DNA from: Candidatus Poribacteria bacterium
GTDB lineage: Bacteria > Poribacteria > WGA-4E > WGA-3G
Assembly: GCA_963665235.2 (NCBI GenBank)
Contig: CAXXLX010000001.1
Coordinates: forward strand, 2,432,001-2,496,000
Length of the DNA stretch: 64,000 nt
Direction: 5' to 3'
Shown here: one piece after another, positions 20,366 to 30,509 of the stretch
How positions within the stretch are numbered: the stretch's first letter is position 1
Layout of the letters: the number at the start of each line of letters is the position of its first letter
Notes under the pieces: generated by a model
The model's database searches: none
The model's input: only the letters and a program-made list of their open reading frames with translations
What the model was told of the DNA's origin: nothing
Program-made: the position numbers and the translations under genes

Positions 20366-22045
20366 ATGTTTAAAAAATTAGTATCGATAAGCTTTATTGT
20401 TTTTGTGCTATCTCTATTTCTGTGGGAACCCAACGTATCTTTTGCTGATGAATCAGACGATAGAGCGATAGATGCCGCTATGGAGTTTGCAGAGAACAAA
20501 AGCAGAGATGTTGATCAAGAGATAAACAAATTGAAAATCCTGAAGGATGCTATGGACCTAATGATAAGTGAATGGGAGGGCAACAAGTCTGACATTGTGA
20601 ACGGTATAGAGCTAACGCTTGCCGGTGCGTTGGGGACAACTGCCTCCGCTGCCGTTAACGTTTTCTCCGGAGGGACACTCAGCATAACGACAAAGACCGC
20701 TGCCTTATTCACCTTGAAGAAGGCAATAGATGTTGGACTGGCGATTACCGCACATTCGGGGTATGTAGAGGCCATGGAAGCTGCTATCAACGCTGTGGAT
20801 TCGCAAATTGAGATGGTTGAAAAAGCGAAAGTGGTTTACTCCGAGGTTTATGACGACGACCCAAATACTTACAATGGCGCGTATGAAAGGTATTTAAATC
20901 GTCTCGCTGCACATACGGGTTGGACTGCAGAGGATATCGATGAACGTGTGAACACTTCTGATATAGATGACGATAAATTCCCACACAAAAAGAGTGTGAC
21001 ACCGAGCCATAAGCACTTTGGCGATGAGCGAAATGAGTTTGTGTATGAAGATCTTCCTTCTGATTATGAGTGTGACGGTCCCTGCTCTGACCTGTTCCGG
21101 TCACCACATAAAGCCTTCGCTGCACACCGCACAAAATGCGGCACCGAGATGGATGTTGATATAGCATCTATACGGTCAATGTCCTCTGGCGGAAAAACGT
21201 CAATAGCCCAAGAGCCTGGCGTGCCGACAACACCTATGTTTGCCCAGGAGATTCTTGACACTCGCACCGCGGAACAGGGCTGCGGTCGTAACTACTACGA
21301 TTGCCCAAGTGCCCCTGACACAGAACATAAGGTGCGGACTTGCAACAAGTGGATTTGGAAGAAGCGGTACGTGGACACTGCAATTAGGAAAGTGCGGGTT
21401 ATGCACTGTGGTGACTCCTACCGACGCTGCATGGCGCATAAGCGCGAGCATGGTTCTTCATGGTGGGAAACCAAGCATGACGATGATGCCTCTGATGCTA
21501 ATAAGCAAGCCTATTCGTACGATGAAGCACCCAACCCCGAGCCTCCAGATACCATAAGCAACATTCAAGACCTCACCCCTAACTGCGATTCTTGCACAAA
21601 TGGATGTTCTGCTTGTCCCACTGCAGGGCCCTGCGGACACACCTATTCATCTGCTGAATTTACCTCACATGTGGCAACAATGTGTTATGAAACAGATGCT
21701 TATGGAAATTACTGCACTGCCACAGATATCTATGTGTGTCAGACGCATACCCACCAATACCCAACGGGCAAGTGTGGGCGAATTCCCTGCACTATTCCTG
21801 TGAGTTATGCAAATCAACATAAGTTGACGTGCATAAACGGACATACGTATTGGAGCTGTGTGAGTTGGCAGCATGAGCTGCACCGAACCCGAGATCCTTG
21901 CACCCGGAACAAATGGACACCCTGGGAGTGGAGTCCATCGCATAACAGAGAAGTGCGTTTCTGGCAAGCATGTGGGGAGACTTGGGCAAATTGTGACACT
22001 CGCTGTGAAGATGGAAATGGTGCCGTGGGACAGCATCAGGAGTAG
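20366..22045 (+). CDS. Secreted protein with helical N-terminus and Cys/His-rich C-terminus
   Basis: AAGGAG RBS, signal peptide (SFA-DE), about 24 Cys confined to the C-terminal 60 percent. Confidence 0.75.
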   Translation: MFKKLVSISFIVFVLSLFLWEPNVSFADESDDRAIDAAMEFAENKSRDVDQEINKLKILKDAMDLMISEWEGNKSDIVNGIELTLAGALGTTASAAVNVFSGGTLSITTKTAALFTLKKAIDVGLAITAHSGYVEAMEAAINAVDSQIEMVEKAKVVYSEVYDDDPNTYNGAYERYLNRLAAHTGWTAEDIDERVNTSDIDDDKFPHKKSVTPSHKHFGDERNEFVYEDLPSDYECDGPCSDLFRSPHKAFAAHRTKCGTEMDVDIASIRSMSSGGKTSIAQEPGVPTTPMFAQEILDTRTAEQGCGRNYYDCPSAPDTEHKVRTCNKWIWKKRYVDTAIRKVRVMHCGDSYRRCMAHKREHGSSWWETKHDDDASDANKQAYSYDEAPNPEPPDTISNIQDLTPNCDSCTNGCSACPTAGPCGHTYSSAEFTSHVATMCYETDAYGNYCTATDIYVCQTHTHQYPTGKCGRIPCTIPVSYANQHKLTCINGHTYWSCVSWQHELHRTRDPCTRNKWTPWEWSPSHNREVRFWQACGETWANCDTRCEDGNGAVGQHQE

Positions 22046-22077
22046 CTCCCCCTTTTCACACGACGGATTTTTTCACG

Positions 22078-22116
22078 AATAGGCAGGTATTCCTATAAGG
22101 GATGCCTGCCTATTTT
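22078..22116 (+). terminator. Intrinsic terminator
   Basis: AATAGGCAGG...CCTGCCTATT hairpin followed by T run. Confidence 0.7.
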
Positions 22117-22325
22117 GCAATTCAGAAAAAAGATTGCTTCACTTCCATCCTTCCATTTCTCCCTTCTCCTTTTGCCAAAAAGGTTGTAGGAAGGAGGGAA
22201 GAATGAAAGGACAGCTCTTCGCCTAATTGAAACGTTTAGGCGCGCCTGCAAAGCGCGCCTACAAATACAAAGGGGAAACCTACGAAATTGACACCCATGG
22301 GTAGATATTGTAACCCGATAGGATT

Positions 22326-23900
22326 TTATCGGTCGTTTGAATTAATCTTTAGCGTTACATAATTCCCGCGGTCATTCGAATCCTTAACATAAACGAGGGC
22401 CAATTTTTCGTTGCTTTCTTTCAGCTTTTGGACGACTGCCTCGTAGTCTTTCATGTTTTCAATGGGGTTATAATCTATCTCCTTGATAAGATATCCCATT
22501 TGGATTCCCTGTTCTGCTGCGGGGCTCTCCGGCTCAATATGTGTGACAATAACCCCTGTTTGGTCTTTGTGAGCGTAACGTTTGGCGAGTTCGGGGGTCA
22601 ATTTTTGAACCTGCATTCCTGCAAATGCTTCCGTTTCTGGGAGTTCTTGAGGTACGACATAATCGGGGTCGACAGCAGTTCGAAAATTTGCCAGGGCTTC
22701 TTCAGTTCGTTCCTCTAATTTAACGGTGAAATGTTTCTCTTTTCCGTTCCGGAGGACTTTTATTTGGACAGATGTGCCAGCCGCTGTTGCACCGATAGTA
22801 TACATCAAATGGTATAAATCTCGAATAGGTTTCCCATCAAATTCGAGGATAACGTCGCCATGTCGGATACCCCCCTTTTCAGCCGGACTATTCGGACCTA
22901 CGGTAGTGACAAATACACCGCGTGGCTCACCAAGTTTCAGTTTTTCTGCTAAATCGTGGTTAACCGAAGCCATTGAGATTCCGAGCCAGCCGCGGACGAT
23001 TTCCCCATTTTCGATCAGCTGTGGTAAAAGGTCCCGGGCTATATTGCTCGGAATTGCAAAGCCAATCCCTATATTTCCATACCTGAGTCCATCGAGAGCA
23101 ATTAAGGTATTAATACCGACCAATTCGCCTCGTATGTTAATCAGCGCGCCGCCGCTGTTTCCTTGATTAATCGGTGCATCGGTTTGTATGAAGTTCCCGT
23201 ACTTAATACTGGCACTGGGTCGATTTTTCGCGCTTACGATACCCCGCGTCACAGTTTGTGAGAGGTTAAGCGGGGTGCCAATAGCAATAACCCACTCCCC
23301 GACTTGAAGTCTATCTGAGTCGCCGAACGGAAGGGCGGGCAGTCCCTTCTCATCAATTTTAAGCACAGCCAAATCTGTACCGCTCACATCTGTACCAGCA
23401 GGGTCGCGGCCCACCAAGTCCGCTTCATAATTTCGTCCGTTTGCGAGGGTGACAGTAATTTTTTCTGCACCTTCAATAACGTGGTTATTTGTAAGGACAT
23501 AGCCATCATCGCTAACAATAACCCCGGAGCCGACCCCTCTCGTCAATCTTCTCGGGGTCTCTGGCATGCGGTCCCTAAAAAGTTCGAACCATTCATCGCC
23601 GAAGAACCGTCTGAATTCTTCACCTTCTATTCTGAGCCGCTCGGTTCTTCTGGCTATGGTTTCAATTTGCACAATAGATGGGCGCGTTCGCGCTACGAGA
23701 TTAATGAATGCACGATTGGCACGTTCTAAGTACTGAAAATCTTCTGATTCTTGAGGTGTTTCGTTTGTTTCGCCGATTGCGGTTTGCACTGTGAACTTAT
23801 CTGGACCCCGGTCAATAAAAAGTCCTGCTGCGACAACAAGTCCAACTAAAACCAAAAGTATCACGCTATACCTGTAAAGTTTGGGTCTAAATTTTGACAT
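22326..23900 (-). CDS. degP: Do/DegP (HtrA) serine endoprotease with two PDZ domains
   Basis: GSGVI, TNNHV, TDLAVLK, IQTDAPINQGNSGGAL. Confidence 0.9.
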   Translation of the reverse strand: MSKFRPKLYRYSVILLVLVGLVVAAGLFIDRGPDKFTVQTAIGETNETPQESEDFQYLERANRAFINLVARTRPSIVQIETIARRTERLRIEGEEFRRFFGDEWFELFRDRMPETPRRLTRGVGSGVIVSDDGYVLTNNHVIEGAEKITVTLANGRNYEADLVGRDPAGTDVSGTDLAVLKIDEKGLPALPFGDSDRLQVGEWVIAIGTPLNLSQTVTRGIVSAKNRPSASIKYGNFIQTDAPINQGNSGGALINIRGELVGINTLIALDGLRYGNIGIGFAIPSNIARDLLPQLIENGEIVRGWLGISMASVNHDLAEKLKLGEPRGVFVTTVGPNSPAEKGGIRHGDVILEFDGKPIRDLYHLMYTIGATAAGTSVQIKVLRNGKEKHFTVKLEERTEEALANFRTAVDPDYVVPQELPETEAFAGMQVQKLTPELAKRYAHKDQTGVIVTHIEPESPAAEQGIQMGYLIKEIDYNPIENMKDYEAVVQKLKESNEKLALVYVKDSNDRGNYVTLKINSNDR

Positions 23901-24022
23901 CAGCTAAAACCTCCGTTTTAATTTTTCTGTTTGCACGTTTTTTAATTCTGGTATTTGCAATCTAAAAATACACCTATGCGTCAATAAAGTTGCAAAAAAA
24001 TTCTGTGTGTGAAAATGGCGTT

Positions 24023-24373
24023 TTATTTTTCTTGTGAAATTCGATTTACGTGTTCACGGACAATATCTTCTGGGCATAACCGGATGAATAGCCACGCGCC
24101 GGGCACCAAAATCAACAAAACGGCGATGACCAAATCATCTACGCGTCCAATCGGAAAAGGAAGAAAATCGAAATCGAGCGGATACACAAAGTATGCAATA
24201 GCAAGTGCTCCGGCAAGGATTTGGGCAACTATGAAAATCGCCTTCCGATAAATAGGGACGCGCTCGTCTTGGAAAAGCCGCCACGTCAGCCGGACGAAGT
24301 TCGGAAGATGCAAAAGGATACGTAAAAAGCGAAATGTGCCTCGCCCTTTACTGCCAAAGAAAAAAGAATTCAT
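24023..24373 (-). CDS. YkvA/DUF1232 family membrane protein
   Basis: LFQDERVP, YFVYPLDF...IGRVDD. Confidence 0.8.
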   Translation of the reverse strand: MNSFFFGSKGRGTFRFLRILLHLPNFVRLTWRLFQDERVPIYRKAIFIVAQILAGALAIAYFVYPLDFDFLPFPIGRVDDLVIAVLLILVPGAWLFIRLCPEDIVREHVNRISQEK

Positions 24374-24699
24374 AACATTTTAATTTTACCAAAACGTTTC
24401 TTTATGTGCAAATCAAATTTTAGACGATTAGATCGGGGTGTAAAGTTTTTGGAGGCCCAAAGGATAGATAGAGGGCTGGAGACGTGGAAAGCCAGAATGA
24501 CGTGTCCGTTTTTCGGGGATATGCCACCGTTATAGGCCCTGCCTAAGTTTCGACCCTAAATAGCACTCCGTCATTTTACAAACGGTGGAGAGCTACAGGG
24601 ACCCAAGTTTAGACGATTGCAAAATTTCTGCTTGACACAGGGCTGGACTTTCTAATATACTATATCAGAAATAGTGTATGTTATGCAGAAGGAGAAATT

Positions 24700-25464
24700 A
24701 TGGCAACACAAATAGCAGCGCAGCTCTATACGCTTAGAGCATTCACGAAAACTGAGGCGGACATTGCGGAGACAATGAAAAAGGTTAAGCAGCTCGGTTA
24801 TGAAGCTGTGCAATGCTCAGCACTTGGTCCGATTGCCCCTGAGGCACTGAAAAACATTATTGATAACGAAGGTATCACGATTTGCGCTACGCACACAAGT
24901 TATGCACGGATGCGTGATGAACCGCAAGCGGTCATTGATGAACACCAATTGTGGGGGTGTAAACACGCTGCAATTGGGGGCATTCCGGGTGAATACCGTA
25001 GCGCAGAGGGGTATGCGAAATTTGCGAAAGAAGCTTCCGAAGTCGGCGCGCGTCTGGCTGAAGGGGGTTTAACCTTTTCCTATCACAACCACAGTTTTGA
25101 ATTGGAAGAGTTTGATGGGCGGACAGGATTAGACATCTTATACGAGGAAAGTGATCCGAAATATTTTCACAGTGAGCTTGACACGTATTGGATACAGCAC
25201 GGTGGGGGCGACCCCGCGGAATGGATTCGTAAACTAAAGGACCGCGCGGCGATTATCCATCTGAAGGATATGGTGGTCCACAGTTCTGAAACACGATTTG
25301 CCGAAGTCGGCGAAGGCATCCTTGATTGGAAAGCGATTTTAGAGGCGTGTCTATATTCTGGCGTTGAATGGTATATCGTTGAGCAGGATTCGTGCTATGA
25401 ACGTGACCCGTTTGAGAGTTTAGGCATTAGCCTCAGAAATTTGCAAGGGATGGGTCTTTCGTAG
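24700..25464 (+). CDS. Sugar phosphate isomerase/epimerase (AP endonuclease 2 TIM barrel)
   Basis: QLYTLR, YHNH, ELDTYW, IHLKD, IVEQD. Confidence 0.88.
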   Translation: MATQIAAQLYTLRAFTKTEADIAETMKKVKQLGYEAVQCSALGPIAPEALKNIIDNEGITICATHTSYARMRDEPQAVIDEHQLWGCKHAAIGGIPGEYRSAEGYAKFAKEASEVGARLAEGGLTFSYHNHSFELEEFDGRTGLDILYEESDPKYFHSELDTYWIQHGGGDPAEWIRKLKDRAAIIHLKDMVVHSSETRFAEVGEGILDWKAILEACLYSGVEWYIVEQDSCYERDPFESLGISLRNLQGMGLS

Positions 25465-25558
25465 TGCGCAAAGCATCTAAAAGTGAAATCTGGCGAGAGT
25501 TTCCATGTTGATATTCCGCCAGATTTCTCCCTTGAATCGGTGTAAGCAACTTTTTTAC

Positions 25559-25587
25559 TTGACTTTTCCTAAAATTTGTGCTATCAT
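25559..25587 (+). promoter_or_regulatory. Sigma70-type promoter of tRNA-Pro
   Basis: TTGACT-N17-TATCAT with TG extended -10. Confidence 0.6.
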
Positions 25588-25608
25588 TAAAAGGTAGTTA
25601 ATTTTTAA

Positions 25609-25682
25609 CGGGGCGTGGCGCAGCCCGGAAGCGCGCTTGAATGGGGTTCAAGAGGTCGCTGGTTCGAATCCAGTCGCCCCGA
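25609..25682 (+). tRNA. tRNA-Pro(GGG), CCA not encoded
   Basis: Acceptor stem CGGGGCG/CGCCCCG, anticodon arm CTTGA-ATGGGGT-TCAAG, T-loop GGTTCGAATCC. Confidence 0.95.
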
Positions 25683-25766
25683 CTTCTATAAGTAAAAAAG
25701 TTTTAATATCTATCCGTTGGACACTAAAGCTAGTGAAAACCGACACAAAAAGGGACAATTGCAATT

Positions 25767-27089
25767 GTGGGTAAGTCGTGTATTAATATAGGCATCTTAG
25801 GATGGGGTACAGTTGGCACGGGTGTTTCCAAAATTCTGATAAATCAGAGAACGCTCATCACGCAAAACAGTGGTATCCAGTTGCATCTAAAAAAAATAGT
25901 GAAACGGACCCTTCCGGCTTCGCGAGAAGGGGTTGTGCTACCGCCGGACTGTTTAACGACAGAGCCTGCGGCGGTTGTTGATAATCCGGATATTGATATT
26001 GTTGTGGAGCTCATCGGTGGGACTTCGGAGGCGCGTTCGCTCATAAGTCGCGCGCTTCGAAATGGGAAGCACGTTGTGACAGCGAACAAAGCCCTCTTGG
26101 CTGAGCATGGCGTGGAACTGTTCCAGTTAGCACAGGCACATCAGGTAAGTCTGAATTTTGAAGCGAGTGTGGCGGGCGGTATCCCGATTATCAAAACGCT
26201 TCAGGAGAGTTTCACCGCCAATCAGATTCAATCCGTTTACGGTATCGTCAATGGGACCTGTAATTACATCCTGACAGAGATGCATGAACATGCGGTTGAT
26301 TTTTCCGATGTGCTTGCTGCTGCGCAGGAGAAGGGTTATGCAGAAGCCGATCCGGCATTTGATGTTGAAGGAATTGATGCGGCTCAGAAACTGATTCTAC
26401 TCATCGCGCTTGCTTACCAACGGAATATTCCCCTTCAACAGGTGTATATTGAAGGTATCACCGCTATTACCCCGCAAGAGATACAGTATGCACGTGAATT
26501 GGGTTACGTTATCAAGCTGCTTGCGATAGCGAAGTTGTCAGAGGATGGCCGTGTAGAGGCCCGCGTGCATCCCACCCTTTTGCCGGAGCGGAGTCTTCTC
26601 GCGAACGTCAGTGGTGCATTTAATGCAGTTTGCGTTATCGGCGATGCGATTGGGCCGACGCTTTTTTACGGGCAGGGGGCTGGGGAGATGCCGACAGCAA
26701 GTGCGGTTGTTGCCGATATTATTGATGCAGCGAAATCTATAGAACAGCAGGTGAATCCTGTGATTTCGCAAGCATGGTTTTCCGATGCCGATGCTGAGGT
26801 GGCTGTGAGCGCAATTGACGACATTGAAACCCGTTATTATCTTCGTTTTGTTGTTATCGATCGACCGGGAGTTTTGGCGAGAATCGGTACTATTTTGGGA
26901 AACTGTGAGATTAGCATCGCTTCCGTGATACAAAAGGAATCGCATTGTACCGATACGGTGCCGCTTGTTATGTTGACACACAAAGCGCGTGAAAAGAATA
27001 TGAAGATGGCACTTGACCAAATTTACACACTTGAAGACGTTAAGGGGACTGCGCATCTTATCAGAATTGAAGAAGAGGTTGCCTTTTAG
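25767..27089 (+). CDS. hom: Homoserine dehydrogenase with ACT domain
   Basis: GWGTVG, VVTANKA, FEASVAGGIP, NGTCNYIL, GYAEADP, DRPGVLA. Confidence 0.95.
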   Translation: MGKSCINIGILGWGTVGTGVSKILINQRTLITQNSGIQLHLKKIVKRTLPASREGVVLPPDCLTTEPAAVVDNPDIDIVVELIGGTSEARSLISRALRNGKHVVTANKALLAEHGVELFQLAQAHQVSLNFEASVAGGIPIIKTLQESFTANQIQSVYGIVNGTCNYILTEMHEHAVDFSDVLAAAQEKGYAEADPAFDVEGIDAAQKLILLIALAYQRNIPLQQVYIEGITAITPQEIQYARELGYVIKLLAIAKLSEDGRVEARVHPTLLPERSLLANVSGAFNAVCVIGDAIGPTLFYGQGAGEMPTASAVVADIIDAAKSIEQQVNPVISQAWFSDADAEVAVSAIDDIETRYYLRFVVIDRPGVLARIGTILGNCEISIASVIQKESHCTDTVPLVMLTHKAREKNMKMALDQIYTLEDVKGTAHLIRIEEEVAF

Positions 27090-28537
27090 ACCGCCCGGGC
27101 AGGACCATGAAGGGTCTTGCTTAACAATCCCAATGCTTTAGCGTTGGGTCCGACCCGTGTGTCTCGTGCAGCAGCGAAAACAGTTGACATGGGATATATC
27201 CCTGTGGTGTACTTATAGGACTGCCTCAGCGGCGGAGCGGTTACTCTGTCTCCGCCTTCACCGAGGCGAGTCAGCAACCTAACAGGAGTTCAGACGATGC
27301 CATACAAAACCCATAAGATTGCCTTAGCTCCGACTTTTAAGCAGCGGCGTTGGTTTAGCGCGCAATGCGGTTATGCCCGTTTTGCCTATAATATGGGTCT
27401 GACTGATTTTAAAGCGCATTTAGCTGAGGATACCTTCTTATCTACTTTCACGCTAAACACTCGTTTCAATGAGAAAAAGCGAGCGTATGATTGGACCTCA
27501 GCGCAAGATCAGCGTGCGGCTCTGTATGCTATCGACAATTTAGGGGCTGCCATCAAGAATTGGACTGATAACGGTTCAGGCTTTCCGCGTTTCAAAAAGC
27601 GTGGCAGTCGTCAATCCTACACGACAGACGAGCAATCGGTGAGAGTTGAAGGCAAACGGATTAGGTTGCCTAAAATAGGTTGGGTAAAGACGTTTCAGGA
27701 ATTACGGTTTGTAGGCAAAATCATAAAAGTGACCATAAGTCGCACGGCGCATCGTTGGTTCGTCTCTATCACCGTTAAAGTGGAGGACACCGAAGCTGTT
27801 GATGTATCAACACACCCCATAATCGGTATAGATGTCGGTATTAACACGTTAGCGACGTGTTCAGATGGGACGCGATATGAGAACCCGAGGCCTTTGAAAC
27901 GGTATGAGCGAAAGTTAGCCTGTGCCCAACGAAAGTTGAGCCGCCAAGTGCCGCAGTCTAAGAATTGGTTCAAGCAGAAGCGGATCGTTGAACGTATCCA
28001 CTATAAAGTCACCTCTATCCGCTGCGATGCGCACCAGAAAGCCAGCACGGATATTGTCAATCGTGCGTCAGGCATTGTTATTGAAACGCTAAAAGTGTCT
28101 AACCTGCTAAAGAATAGCAAACTTGCTAAAGCACTGAGTGATAGTGCCTTAGGCGGGTTCCTATCGCTGCTAAAGACCAAAGCCGAGGCACGCCGTATCC
28201 CTGTAACCGAAGCCTGCCAGTTCTTTGCATCCAGTAAGACGTGTAGCAGCTGCGGCCATAAGAAAACAGATTTAACATTATCCGATAGAACAGTATTCGG
28301 GCAAGCAGCCCGCTCTTCCATTGCAGTGTATGCCAATATAGAGCAGATAGAGACCTCAACGCTGCAATCAACTTGAGAAACCTCGCGGTAGGATATACCG
28401 AGAGCCTAAACGCCTGTGGAGCGCAAGTAAGACCTCAACCCACTTCTGTTTTTCAGAAGGAGGCACGAGACGCGGAAGCAGGAATCACATAGGAGGGTCG
28501 ATGTGCTAAAAGAAGCACACGGAGACCTCAGCCGTAG
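27090..28537 (+). mobile_element. Non-autonomous tnpB-only IS element (IS607/IS1341-like)
   Basis: Fills the hom-yceD gap; junctions TTTTAG|ACCG and CCGTAG|TGAGT suggest an empty site TTTTAGTGAGT; no transposase; ends inferred. Confidence 0.65.
27297..28492 (+). pseudogene. tnpB: TnpB RNA-guided endonuclease, frameshifted at about 28295-28315 (ORF track ends 28376)
   Basis: HTH ARFAYN, IGIDVGI, IVIETL, SSKTCSSCG; second CxxC and DRDLNAAINL lie in another frame ending at 28492. Confidence 0.88.
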
Positions 28538-29169
28538 TGAGTATCACAGACACGTTAACTTTTGACGTAAGACACATTCATGATGGGCACTTCAATGTAT
28601 ATGACGTAGAAGTTCCCGCATCGTTTCTTGAGTTCAACTTTGAAGATACGCGATTTATTACCGCGGTCTCCGGCACTGTTGCGCTGCTACGATATAACGA
28701 GGATAATGTCTATGTCAAAGCTGACGTAACCGCGGGCATCGAAATGCAATGCGGCAAATGCCTTGAACCCTTTAAAACGGACATTAACGCGACGTTTGAG
28801 TTGCAATTCTGCCCCGAAACAGGGGACAAAACGATTGACCCTGAGGGGGTAGAAGGTGGCGAACGCTGTTACGATGGTGAAACGTTTGACATATCTGACG
28901 ATGCACGCCAAGCCCTCGTTGTACAGGTACCCATTTGGCCGCTCTGCGGACAGACGTGTGAAGGGTTATGTACTGGATGTGGTGTAAATCTGAATGACGC
29001 AGCATGCACCTGTCCGGACTCCGATAATGCTGTGCTAAATGTGCAGGATACGCATTCCCCTTTTGCGGAACTTTCGCAAATGTTAGCGGAGACACGATTA
29101 GAGAAAGAACTTGAACCCCAAAACTGTAGTAAGGAGGTTGCCCCGAGAAATGGCACACCCAAAACGTAG
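28537..29169 (+). CDS. yceD: DUF177/YceD family protein
   Basis: CGKCLEP and LCGQTCEGLCTGCG motifs; upstream of rpmF. Confidence 0.88.
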   Translation: MSITDTLTFDVRHIHDGHFNVYDVEVPASFLEFNFEDTRFITAVSGTVALLRYNEDNVYVKADVTAGIEMQCGKCLEPFKTDINATFELQFCPETGDKTIDPEGVEGGERCYDGETFDISDDARQALVVQVPIWPLCGQTCEGLCTGCGVNLNDAACTCPDSDNAVLNVQDTHSPFAELSQMLAETRLEKELEPQNCSKEVAPRNGTPKT

Positions 29170-29335
29170 AACATCAAAATCCAAAAAAAGAATGCGGAGA
29201 AGTCATCATGCGCTCCGAAACAAGGTTATCACCGATTGCTCATATTGTGGAGAGATGATGGTGTCGCACCGAGTCTGTGTTCACTGTGGGCAGTATAAAG
29301 GGCGGTCGGTGCTAAAGTCTACAGAGACTTTGTAG
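29150..29335 (+). CDS. rpmF: 50S ribosomal protein L32 (zinc-binding form)
   Basis: MAHPKRRTSKSKKRMRRSH, CSYCG, HRVCVHCG. Confidence 0.95.
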   Translation: MAHPKRRTSKSKKRMRRSHHALRNKVITDCSYCGEMMVSHRVCVHCGQYKGRSVLKSTETL

Positions 29336-29360
29336 AAACAGCAAAGAAGGATACTTTAGC

Positions 29361-30350
29361 ATGACTCGATATGCAGCAATTACAGGAACGGGTGCTTACC
29401 TACCTGAGACCGTTTTAACTAACTTTGAACTTGAAAAAATGGTAGATACGAGCGATGAATGGATTCGGCAACGCACCGGGATTGCTGAGCGGCGCATCGC
29501 GGAGGAGCATGTTGCTACCTCAGACCTTAGCGTGCACGCTGCCCGATGGGCTATTAAAAGTGCACAAATTGATCCGCTTGACATTGAAATGATCCTCGTC
29601 GCTACCGTGACACCGGATACGTTTTTTCCTTCAACCGCTTGCTATGTCCAAAAAGGCATCGGCGCGAAAAACGCCGCCGCCATGGATATATCTGCAGCAT
29701 GTGCAGGATTTCTCTATGGACTTGACTTAGCGGATGGTTTGGTTAAATCCGGAAAATATGACACGATTCTTGTTGTCGGCGGAGAAGTTTTTAACAAAAT
29801 TATCGACTGGGACGATAGAAGTACTTGTGTACTCTTTGGCGATGGGGCAGGAGCCGCTATCGTTCAGGCAACTGATGAACCGAAAGGTATCCTCGCATCT
29901 TACATCGGCTCTGATGGAGATTATGCGGACATCGATTTACTCGGTATCCCCGCAGGCGGTTCAAGAATGCCTATCACAGCAGAGGCTATCGACCAAAAAC
30001 TCGATAAGATTCAGATGAATGGACGGGAAGTCTTCAAACTCGGCGTTCGACTCATGCCCGAAGCCGCACAACGCGTGCTACACAAAGCAAATATCACCGT
30101 CGAAGATATTGACCTGTTAATACCGCATCAAGCGAACTTGCGTATCATTGAAGCTGTCGGACAGAGGCTCGGCGTACCCCGGGAAAAGGTTTACGTTAAC
30201 GTTGACAAATACGGTAACACCTCTGCAGCAACGGTAATCATCGCGCTGGATGAAGCTATTCGTGAGGGACGCGCAAAACCGGGGGACCTCATTCTACTCG
30301 TAACTTTCGGTGCAGGTTTGACGTGGGGAAGTACGCTCTTACGCTTGTAA
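29361..30350 (+). CDS. fabH: Beta-ketoacyl-ACP synthase III
   Basis: AACAGF, LFGDGAGA, PHQAN, GNTSAA. Confidence 0.96.
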   Translation: MTRYAAITGTGAYLPETVLTNFELEKMVDTSDEWIRQRTGIAERRIAEEHVATSDLSVHAARWAIKSAQIDPLDIEMILVATVTPDTFFPSTACYVQKGIGAKNAAAMDISAACAGFLYGLDLADGLVKSGKYDTILVVGGEVFNKIIDWDDRSTCVLFGDGAGAAIVQATDEPKGILASYIGSDGDYADIDLLGIPAGGSRMPITAEAIDQKLDKIQMNGREVFKLGVRLMPEAAQRVLHKANITVEDIDLLIPHQANLRIIEAVGQRLGVPREKVYVNVDKYGNTSAATVIIALDEAIREGRAKPGDLILLVTFGAGLTWGSTLLRL

Positions 30351-30509
30351 ATTAGTTATCAAGATTGAAAAATTAACACATTTCGTGTATAATTTTAAAT
30401 AGGTATACGGTTGTAATTGTTCGACACTTAACAGAGAAAACCGTAAAAAGACTTCCGACAGGTTTTGGAAGAAAACGGGCTGGCAGAAATATAGCACACA
30501 CGAATAAAA

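Noticed and set aside
25609-28537. tRNA-Pro as an integration site for an island
   Set aside because: No integrase and no repeated tRNA 3' end was seen in the window.
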